From Dehalococcoidia bacterium (lineage in GTDB: Bacteria > Chloroflexota > Dehalococcoidia > Bin125): a DNA stretch of 64,000 nucleotides. Below are positions 53,884 to 64,000 of the stretch, in pieces. The notes beneath the pieces are model-generated. The model made no database searches and had not been told where the DNA came from. It worked only from the letters and a program-made list of their open reading frames with translations. Position 1 is the first letter of the stretch, and each line of letters begins with the position of its first letter. A program made the translations under genes and the position numbers. The stretch lies in contig CAXXNO010000004.1 in the NCBI GenBank assembly GCA_963663235.2, positions 576,001-640,000 of the forward strand, read 5' to 3'.

Positions 53884-55307
53884 GCCGCTATCGCACCGCG
53901 TCTCGGGCCGTGTCCGGCCGGGTGCGTCGCCGCCTGGCCGGGCTCCGCCGCCTGGCGCCGCGCACTCCCGACTTCCAGGAGCCGTACGAGGGGCCCTTGA
54001 TCCGCAATCGGCGCTTCCTGGCGCTGTGGGCCGCGCAGGGGATCGCGCAGACCAGCAATACGGCCCTCCAGTTCGTGCTGCTGATCCTGATCCTGGAAAA
54101 GACCGATAGCAGCATCGCGGGCTCCGGCCTGATCATCTCTATGGCGGCCCCGGCGGTGGTCTTTGGCTTGGTCTCCGGCGTGCTCGTCGACCGCTGGGAC
54201 AAGCGCAACGTCATGCTCTTGACCAGCGCGCTGCGCGCCGTGCTCACGGTCCTGTTGGTCATCGGCGACGTCTCCGTCGCGTCGATCTACGCCATCGCAT
54301 TCTTGACGGCCACCATGGGTCAGTTCTTCTTGCCGGCGGCCATGGCCTCGGTGCCTTCCGTCGTGTCGCGCCGCCAGTTGCTGGCCGCCAACTCGGCGTT
54401 CCAGGTGTCGATCACGGTTGCGCAACTGGTCGGGATGGTGGTGCTCGCGCCGCTGATGCTGAAGGCGTTCGGCTTCACGGCCTCATACATCGTCGCCGGC
54501 GTGCTCATCCTGACGACGGTTCCCATGATCGCGCGCCTGCCGGCCCTGCCTCCCGAGGTCGGCTTCTCCAGCGAGCGCTGGCGCGACCGCCTGGGCGCGG
54601 TGCCGGCGGAGCTCCACGCCGCCTGGCGCACGGTCCGCGCCGACCGCCTCACCACCCTTGCTCTCGTGCAGCTCTCCGGCGGCGGGATGCTGCTGTTCTT
54701 GTTCGCCTTGCTGGTGCCCCGCTTCGTGAAGGACATCCTGGAGATCGATGCCGACAACTCGGTGTTCGTCTTCTGGCCCATCGGCGTCGGGGCCTTGCTG
54801 GCGATCCGCATGCTGCCCTGGTTGGGCCGTCGCTACAGCTCCACCGGGATTGTGACCGTGGCGCTCTTCGCTCTCACGGTGATCATGTTTGCGTTCGGCG
54901 GGATCAACTTCTTCGTCGATTTCTTGCAGGAGCGCCAGCCGTTCGGCATCCTGGGGCCGGACCAGGTGGGTGGGGTGTCGCTGTTGGTCTTCATCACGTT
55001 GCTCTTCGCCTTCCCCATGGGGATCGCCTACGGGCTCGTGAACGCCCCCGCCCAGACCGAGCTGCATCTGCGGGCGCCGCCTTCCATGCGCGGCCGCGTC
55101 TTTGCGGCGCAGCTGATGCTGGCGAACGCGGTCTCGATGATCGTGCTGCTGGTCATCGGAGGCACCGCCGACGCCATCGGCATCGAGATCGTCCTGTTCA
55201 TGGTCGCTGGCATCGTCCTTTTCCTGGCCCTTCTGAGCGTGCACATGCGGCGCGCCGCCGCGGCGGAGGCGGCCGAGGCGGCGCCGACGGACGGCGCGTC
55301 CGCCTGA
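53880..55307 (+). CDS. MFS transporter (MFS_3/H+ antiporter-like)
   Basis: GVLVDRWDKR motif A; about 12 TM; P.SMRGRVF. Confidence 0.9.
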   Translation: MSRYRTASRAVSGRVRRRLAGLRRLAPRTPDFQEPYEGPLIRNRRFLALWAAQGIAQTSNTALQFVLLILILEKTDSSIAGSGLIISMAAPAVVFGLVSGVLVDRWDKRNVMLLTSALRAVLTVLLVIGDVSVASIYAIAFLTATMGQFFLPAAMASVPSVVSRRQLLAANSAFQVSITVAQLVGMVVLAPLMLKAFGFTASYIVAGVLILTTVPMIARLPALPPEVGFSSERWRDRLGAVPAELHAAWRTVRADRLTTLALVQLSGGGMLLFLFALLVPRFVKDILEIDADNSVFVFWPIGVGALLAIRMLPWLGRRYSSTGIVTVALFALTVIMFAFGGINFFVDFLQERQPFGILGPDQVGGVSLLVFITLLFAFPMGIAYGLVNAPAQTELHLRAPPSMRGRVFAAQLMLANAVSMIVLLVIGGTADAIGIEIVLFMVAGIVLFLALLSVHMRRAAAAEAAEAAPTDGASA

Positions 55308-55328
55308 GCGGAGTCGATCGATACTTCG

Positions 55329-55358
55329 TTGACACCCCTTTTTCACCACGCGTATGAT
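55329..55358 (+). promoter_or_regulatory. Putative sigma70 promoter
   Basis: TTGACA-N18-TATGAT. Confidence 0.6.
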
Positions 55359-55441
55359 CGGCGCATCGCGCGCTCCGCTGCTCCCGGCCCGCGCCCCGCG
55401 GGGTGCTCGGGCCCAACGGGCGGGACGGCGGCGAGGTGCTC

Positions 55442-55981
55442 ATGATCGAGCTCGACATTGAGAGCATCCGCGTTTCGCTGATGAACTATCAGCGCGTGGT
55501 GGTGCTCAAGGAAAAGGACGCCGACCGCTACCTCCCGATCTGGATCGGCGCGGCGGAGGCGGACGCCATCGCCGTGCGCCTCCAGGACGTGAGCGTCGCG
55601 CGGCCGATGACCCACGACCTGCTCACCAACATGCTCACCGAGTTCGGCGCGGCCGTGGTCCGCGTGGTGGTCAACGACCTCACCAACGACACTTTCTACG
55701 CCCGCATCCACCTCCAGGTCGATGGCCGCGACTTGGAGGTCGACGCCCGGCCCAGCGACGCCATCGCCCTGGCCGTCCGCGCCGACGCCCCGATCTTCGT
55801 CGAGGACTCCGTGCTGGAGAAGGCGGGAGTGACCATGGACGAGGAAGGGCAAATCGGCCCGGGCGAGGAGGCGGCCGCGCGCTCCGGCGCCACTCCCGTC
55901 AAGGAGGAGGAGTTGGAGAAGATGTCCGCCTTCCGTGACTTCATCCAGGGCCTCGATCTGGACGATTTCGACAAACGCTAA
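55442..55981 (+). CDS. Bifunctional nuclease family (DUF151)
   Basis: LPIWIG..EA, RPMTHDL, TFYA, DARPSDAIALA. Confidence 0.93.
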   Translation: MIELDIESIRVSLMNYQRVVVLKEKDADRYLPIWIGAAEADAIAVRLQDVSVARPMTHDLLTNMLTEFGAAVVRVVVNDLTNDTFYARIHLQVDGRDLEVDARPSDAIALAVRADAPIFVEDSVLEKAGVTMDEEGQIGPGEEAAARSGATPVKEEELEKMSAFRDFIQGLDLDDFDKR

Positions 55982-56073
55982 GCGGCGACGCACGCCCGCG
56001 GCGCTTCGTTGCCCCTCTAGATCGCTTGTGATAGCCTTCCCGAGGTTTAGCGCGGCTCCGGGGGGCGCCCGCG

Positions 56074-56292
56074 ATGCGTAACCTGCCCCCGGCGTTCCAA
56101 TTCCTCGGGATCGGCTGGTATTTTGCCACCTGCATCGTCCTCGGCGTGCTCGGGGGCCTCTGGCTCGATGGCCAGGTGGACGCCAAGCCCTTGTTCACGC
56201 TGCTCGGCCTGCTGCTAGGGATGGCGGTTGCCGCATGGGGCGCCTACCGCTTGCTCAAGGACGTGACGCGGCCGCCGGGCGGGTCCCGCTAG
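56074..56292 (+). CDS. AtpZ/AtpI-family membrane protein
   Basis: G..LD...KP.FTLLGLLLG; first gene of atp cluster. Confidence 0.82.
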   Translation: MRNLPPAFQFLGIGWYFATCIVLGVLGGLWLDGQVDAKPLFTLLGLLLGMAVAAWGAYRLLKDVTRPPGGSR

Positions 56293-56323
56293 CGGCGCAG
56301 CTCCAGACGGGGGAAGACATGGC

Positions 56324-57859
56324 GTGCTGAGTCGGCGCAACGGCTACATCCTGGGCGCGCTGCTGCTGATCATTATCGGCTTCGCCCTCCTCAAGCCGCC
56401 CACGCCGCACATCGCCATCGCCGCCGAGGACATCATCGATCTCGGCGGCTACACCATCACCAACACCATCCTCTCCGCCTGGGTGGTCATCGCGCTGATC
56501 ACCATCGCCGTCCTCTTTCTCTACCGGCGCTTGCGCAACGTCGAGGAGGCGATGGTGCCGCGGGGCTTCCAGAACCTCATCGAGGGCTTCCTCGAATTCT
56601 TCAACTCCATCGTGGTGCTGGTAGCCGGGGAGAAGAACGGACGCCGCTTCTTCCCCGTGGTCGCGTCGATCTTCCTCTTCTTGCTCATCTCCAACTGGTT
56701 TGGTCTCTTCCCCTGGAACAACATCATCGGCGTGACCGAAGACGAGCGCGCCGTCTACCTCGAGAACTTGGAGGACGACGCCGAAGGCGTGGTCGACGAT
56801 CTGGCGGCCGGCGACGACTTAGTCGCGGTCACCGCCGTCAACGACGCCTTCGCCCGCTTCTACACCGCTGCCATCCCCGTCGAAGCCGGCGACCAGGCCG
56901 AGGCCGACGATCGCATCGAGGCCCTGCTCGCGGGGGAGGTCACCGCCTCCGACGCTCGCGTCCGCGCCGAGTTCGCCCAAAATCCCATCCCCGCCGACAC
57001 CGCGCCCGCCGGTCTGCCGCACGAGATCGAGGAGCGCCTGGCGGACGCCGGTGTGCCCGAGGCGGAGATCGAGCAGGCGATCGTCTTCAACCTGCCCCTG
57101 CCCCTGGCAGAGGTCGATGAATCCGAGATCAAGGCGACGGTGATCAGCTCCGGCGGCGTGAATATCGTGCCGCTCCGCGCGGACACGTTCGAGTTCGACC
57201 CCTATGACGAGGAGATCGTCACCGGCCTCGCCGCGGACGGCGGCTTCCAGAACGCCCGCATCTTCGACCCCGGCGACGACGCCGACGAGAAGAACGGCCC
57301 CCCCACGGCGGCCGAGCTGCGCGTCCCGGTGACCGTGAACACGGCGCATTGGGCCATCGTCCTCAAGCGCCAGGCGGAAGGCCTGGAACCCAACCAGGGC
57401 ATCGGCCTGGTCTTCCCCTTCTTCCGCTCCGTCGCCACGGACATCAACCTGCCGCTCGCCATTGCGCTCTGGTCCTTCATCTTCGTGCAGATCTGGGGGA
57501 TCCAGACCCTGGGCTTCGGCTCCAACTTCGGCAAGTTCGTGGGCGTGGGCAAGGCCAGCGTGGTCAAGGGCCCCATCGGCATCATGGTCGGGCTCCTGGA
57601 GATCATCTCCGAGGTCGCCCGCATCGTCTCCTTCACCTTCCGGCTCTTCGGCAACATCTTCGCCGGCGAGATCTTGCTATTCATGGCGGCCTTCCTCGTA
57701 CCGTTTATGGTCGCCACTGTGTTCTATGGGCTTGAGCTCTTCGTGGGCTTTATTCAAGCCTTTGTATTCGCCATGCTCACCCTGGTCTTCGCGGTCACGG
57801 CCGTGTCCCACGGTGAGCACGAAGAAGAGGAACATGAGGGAGAGACGGCCGCCCACTAG
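56324..57859 (+). CDS. atpB: ATP synthase Fo subunit a with ~220-aa insertion
   Basis: PRGFQN..E, SNWFGLFP, RSVATDINL, SFTFRLFGNIFAGE, ELFVGFIQAFVF. Confidence 0.95.
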   Translation: MLSRRNGYILGALLLIIIGFALLKPPTPHIAIAAEDIIDLGGYTITNTILSAWVVIALITIAVLFLYRRLRNVEEAMVPRGFQNLIEGFLEFFNSIVVLVAGEKNGRRFFPVVASIFLFLLISNWFGLFPWNNIIGVTEDERAVYLENLEDDAEGVVDDLAAGDDLVAVTAVNDAFARFYTAAIPVEAGDQAEADDRIEALLAGEVTASDARVRAEFAQNPIPADTAPAGLPHEIEERLADAGVPEAEIEQAIVFNLPLPLAEVDESEIKATVISSGGVNIVPLRADTFEFDPYDEEIVTGLAADGGFQNARIFDPGDDADEKNGPPTAAELRVPVTVNTAHWAIVLKRQAEGLEPNQGIGLVFPFFRSVATDINLPLAIALWSFIFVQIWGIQTLGFGSNFGKFVGVGKASVVKGPIGIMVGLLEIISEVARIVSFTFRLFGNIFAGEILLFMAAFLVPFMVATVFYGLELFVGFIQAFVFAMLTLVFAVTAVSHGEHEEEEHEGETAAH

Positions 57860-57919
57860 CGACGGCCGAGCAGTTTCAGGTCAAGAGCGTGAGCGCAGCA
57901 ACCTCTAGGGGAGGATGGT

Positions 57920-58183
57920 ATGCCTGATTTCGTACTGGCGATTAGCGATTCCGGGTTCACCGACGGCCTCAAGTTCATCGGGGCCGGCCTGGCCATCGGC
58001 CTCGGCGCCTTGGGGCCGGCCCTGGCCATCGGCTGGCTGGTGGGCAAGGCCATGGAGTCGCTGGGACGCAACCCAGATGCCGCCGCCATCATCCAGCCCA
58101 ACATGATCCTGGGAATGGCCTTCGCCGAGGCCATCGGGATCTACGCGCTGGTGGTGGCGGTGATGATCGGCTTCGTCTTCTAG
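57920..58183 (+). CDS. atpE: ATP synthase Fo subunit c
   Basis: GAGLAIGLG, RNP, FAEAIGIY. Confidence 0.96.
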   Translation: MPDFVLAISDSGFTDGLKFIGAGLAIGLGALGPALAIGWLVGKAMESLGRNPDAAAIIQPNMILGMAFAEAIGIYALVVAVMIGFVF

Positions 58184-58230
58184 CTCACCGGACGGCCCAT
58201 GCGGCCGCGGAAGCCCAGGAGGGATGAGGG

Positions 58231-58737
58231 ATGGACGGTCTTGGTATTAACCTGCCCGGGCTGATCACGCAGTTCGTCAACTTCGGCCTGCTGTTGCTGA
58301 TCCTCTGGCTCTTCCTGCACAAGCCGCTGCGTCGCGTCCTGGATGAGCGCCGTCGGCGGATTGAGGACGGCTTGCGGGCTGCGGAGCACGCCAAGGCCGC
58401 CGTGGAAGACGCCGAGGCCAAGGCCGAGGCGCAGATCCAGACCGGCCGGGAGGAGGGCCAGGCGCTCGTCGCCCAGGCCCAGGGGGTTGCCGAACGGATC
58501 CGCACCGAGGCGCAGGAATCGGCCCGCACCGACGCGGAGCAGATCGTGGCCCGCGCCCGCCAGGAGATCCAGCAGGAACGCGACCTCGCCATCGCCCGAG
58601 TGCGCGAGGAGTTCGCCGACCTGACCATCCGCGCCGCCGAGCGCGTGATCGGCCAATCGCTCGACAGCGACGCCCACCAGCGATTGATCAACGAAGTCCT
58701 GGCGGAATCCGCGCTCAGCGACGGGCGCCAGAACTAG
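58231..58737 (+). CDS. atpF: ATP synthase Fo subunit b
   Basis: Q.VNF..L, KPL..LDERR, coiled coil. Confidence 0.94.
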   Translation: MDGLGINLPGLITQFVNFGLLLLILWLFLHKPLRRVLDERRRRIEDGLRAAEHAKAAVEDAEAKAEAQIQTGREEGQALVAQAQGVAERIRTEAQESARTDAEQIVARARQEIQQERDLAIARVREEFADLTIRAAERVIGQSLDSDAHQRLINEVLAESALSDGRQN

Positions 58738-58765
58738 CCGCGCAACGAGTTCGGAAAGGACCCCT

Positions 58766-59311
58766 GTGCCCGGCCGCGATGTCGCCGCAAAGCGCTACGC
58801 CCAGGCCGTCTTCGCCCTGGCTCGGGAGGACGGCGCCTTCGACCGCTGGCGCGCCGACCTCCAGGCTCTGCGCGTCCTCGCGGCCGATCCCACCGTGGGC
58901 GCATTCCTGCTTAGCACCAAGGTGCCGGAGGAGCGCAAGTTCGCCGCGCTGGAACAAGGGCTGAGCGGTAGCCATCCGCACGCGCTCAACCTGGCCAAGC
59001 TGCTGGTGCGCAAAAACCGGGTCGGCATCATCGACCAGATCGCCGACGCGTTCGAGGAGCTCCTCAACGCCGAGCGCGGCCTCGTGATCGCGCAGGTCAC
59101 CACCGCCGTCCCTCTCACCGACGCCGGCCGCTCCTCGATCGACGCCGCCGTCCGCCGCGCCACCGGCGCGGCCACGGTGGAGCTCCGGGAAGCCGTCTCC
59201 CGCGACATCCTGGGCGGCGCGGTGCTGCAAATCGGCGACCACTTGGTCGATGGCAGCGTGCGCACCCGCCTCCAGAATCTGCGCAGCAGCATCGCCGGCA
59301 GCGTTCGCTAA
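58766..59311 (+). CDS. atpH: ATP synthase F1 delta subunit
   Basis: AKRYAQA, ILGG...IGD..VDGSV. Confidence 0.94.
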   Translation: MPGRDVAAKRYAQAVFALAREDGAFDRWRADLQALRVLAADPTVGAFLLSTKVPEERKFAALEQGLSGSHPHALNLAKLLVRKNRVGIIDQIADAFEELLNAERGLVIAQVTTAVPLTDAGRSSIDAAVRRATGAATVELREAVSRDILGGAVLQIGDHLVDGSVRTRLQNLRSSIAGSVR

Positions 59312-59347
59312 CAGGGAAGTCAGGCGCTGGGGCGCCGGGAGAGCACC

Positions 59348-60877
<1,530 letters not shown>

Positions 60878-60907
60878 ACGGCAGGCCAGGAACGAGAGCC
60901 GCAACCC

Positions 60908-61789
60908 ATGGCCACCATCCGCGAGATCCGGCGCCGCATCCGCTCGGTGCAGAACACCGCCAAGATCACCAACGCCCTCCAGTTGGTGGCCGCTTCCAAG
61001 ATGCGCCGCGCCCAGGAGCGGGCCCTCGCCGCACGCCCTTACGCCGAGCGCATGCGCGACGTCCTGGGCCATCTGGCCTCCCTCACCGACACCGACGGCG
61101 ACCCCGACGCCGCCTTGCACCCCCTCCTCCAGCAGCGCGAGATCCGCGAAACCGCGCTGATCTTGATCACGCCGGACCGGGGCCTCTGCGGCGGCCTGAT
61201 CTCCAATCTCCAGCGCCACGCCGGCGAGATCGCGCTCGGCCCCGAGCGACGCGGCGAACTCTCCATGATCCCCGTGGGCCGCAAGGGGCGGGACTACTTC
61301 ACCCGCTTCCGTGTCCCCTTCCGCGGCGAGTTCACCCAGCTGGGCGACTACCCCAGCCTGGCGGAAACCCGCCCCATCTCCCGCATCGCCATCGACGACT
61401 ACATGAGCGGCGCCATCGATCAAGTGGTCGTGGTCTTCTCCTCGTTCGTCAGCACCATTGTCCAGCGTCCCACCACGGTGCAGGTCCTGCCGGTCCAAGC
61501 CCCACAGGCGGAAGAGCAGGCGCGGGAGGTGGAATACATCTTTGAGCCCTCCCCCAGGGACGTGCTGGCGGAGTTGTTGCCGCGCTACGTGGAGATGCAG
61601 ATCTATCAGGCCGTGCTGGAGGCGGCCGCCAGCGAGCAATCGGCCCGCATGGTCGCCATGCGCAGCGCCACCGACGCCGCCGAGGAGATGGTGCAAGACC
61701 TGACGTTGGAGTACAACAAGGCGCGCCAGGCCGCCATCACCTCGGAGTTGCTGGACATCGTGGGCGGGGTCGAAGCCCTCACGGGCTGA
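60908..61789 (+). CDS. atpG: ATP synthase F1 gamma subunit
   Basis: KITNALQLVA, DRGLCG, SEQSARMVAM, NKARQAAIT. Confidence 0.97.
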   Translation: MATIREIRRRIRSVQNTAKITNALQLVAASKMRRAQERALAARPYAERMRDVLGHLASLTDTDGDPDAALHPLLQQREIRETALILITPDRGLCGGLISNLQRHAGEIALGPERRGELSMIPVGRKGRDYFTRFRVPFRGEFTQLGDYPSLAETRPISRIAIDDYMSGAIDQVVVVFSSFVSTIVQRPTTVQVLPVQAPQAEEQAREVEYIFEPSPRDVLAELLPRYVEMQIYQAVLEAAASEQSARMVAMRSATDAAEEMVQDLTLEYNKARQAAITSELLDIVGGVEALTG

Positions 61790-61793
61790 CGTC

Positions 61794-62465
61794 ATGATCG
61801 CGATCATCTTCGACATGGATGGCGTGCTGGTGGACGGCGAGCCGCTGCACTTCGCCGCGGCCGGCGAGATCCTGGCCCCCCTCGGCATCGATTTGGATAT
61901 CGAGACGTACAAGGGCTACATGGGCCGCAGCGGCCACGACATCTGGGAAGACCTGCGCGGGCGCTTTGGCCTCCACCTCGACTACGATGTCTACCAGCGG
62001 CGCTATGGCGCCGCCGTCCTGGAGGCCTATCGCACCCAGACGCGGGCGCTCCCCGGCGCGCGGGCGCTGCTGGACCGGCTGCACGCCGCCCGCATCCCCT
62101 GCGCTCTCGCCTCCTCTTCACGGCGCGAGTGGGTGCGCACCGCGCTGGACGTCCTGGACTTCGCCCGCTACTTCCGCGTCGTCGTCGCCGGCGACGAGAT
62201 CGCCGCCGGCAAGCCGGACCCGGAGATCTACCGCACCGCGGCCGAGCGCCTCGGCGTCGCCCCCGCCGATTGCGTCGCCTTCGAAGACGCGCCCGCGGGC
62301 ATCGCCTCCGCCCGCAGCGCCGGGATGCGGGTCGTGGCCGTGCGAACGGACCTGAACCGCGGTCTAGCGCTGGACGGCGCCGACCGCGTGCTGGATTCCC
62401 TGGAGCAAGTGGATCTGACCTGGCTGACGCCGGGTGGCGTCCAGCCGGCGGCTTCCGCCGGCTAG
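61794..62465 (+). CDS. HAD-superfamily phosphatase (beta-PGM/YqaB/CbbY-like)
   Basis: FDMDGVLVD, ASSS, GKPDP, FEDAPAG. Confidence 0.92.
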   Translation: MIAIIFDMDGVLVDGEPLHFAAAGEILAPLGIDLDIETYKGYMGRSGHDIWEDLRGRFGLHLDYDVYQRRYGAAVLEAYRTQTRALPGARALLDRLHAARIPCALASSSRREWVRTALDVLDFARYFRVVVAGDEIAAGKPDPEIYRTAAERLGVAPADCVAFEDAPAGIASARSAGMRVVAVRTDLNRGLALDGADRVLDSLEQVDLTWLTPGGVQPAASAG

Positions 62466-63893
<1,428 letters not shown>

Positions 63894-63933
63894 CCGGCCC
63901 GCGGGGGCGCAGGCGGCGCGAAGGGAACGGCCC

Positions 63934-64000
63934 ATGGCCAAGCTGACGCTGGAGATCATCACCGGGGAGAAGATCCTCCTCCGCGAAACCGACATCGACG
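63934..64000 (+). CDS. atpC: ATP synthase F1 epsilon subunit (partial, runs off window)
   Basis: MAKLTLEIITGEK...; position after atpD. Confidence 0.85.
   Translation, partial: MAKLTLEIITGEKILLRETDID

Noticed and set aside
57920-58183. Na+-translocating ATP synthase
   Set aside because: Subunit c lacks the Gln and the ES/T of the Na+ signature (has EAIGIY), so it appears H+-coupled
61794-62465. HAD as CbbY linked to the CbbQ/CbbO-like genes, implying a Calvin cycle
   Set aside because: 14 kb apart, generic HAD motifs only, and no Rubisco or prk in the window

Overview
High-GC (roughly 70% by eye) bacterial chromosome segment, almost fully coding. The gene content suggests Chloroflexota, class Dehalococcoidia (Tepidiformales/SAR202-like); this is inference. 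In order: mtaB (partial), glycerate kinase, a class B PBP, a GH-A-like lipoprotein followed by a DsbA/FrnE gene with an in-frame UGA in its CxxC motif and a SECIS-like hairpin (probable selenoprotein), the dnaJ-hspR-clpB/C operon divergent from hsp20, cysteine synthase, rimI, a heterodimeric ABC exporter, ruvB/yqeK/HIT, and an acyl-CoA catabolic region (ACAD, four SDRs, Ntn acylase, three crotonases, CoA ligase, FadF/EtfD-type oxidoreductase, etfBA). Then a frameshifted NB-ARC-TPR gene, a coaE-cbbQ-metallophosphoesterase-long VWA operon with no known client nearby, a PadR locus with clear operators, cinA/comB/pyrF, an MFS gene with a deleted paralog, and the F1Fo ATP synthase operon. That operon has a ~220-aa acidic insertion in subunit a and a HAD phosphatase between atpG and atpD. 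I found no rRNA, tRNA, CRISPR array or IS element. All product calls come from motif recognition by eye, not database searches.
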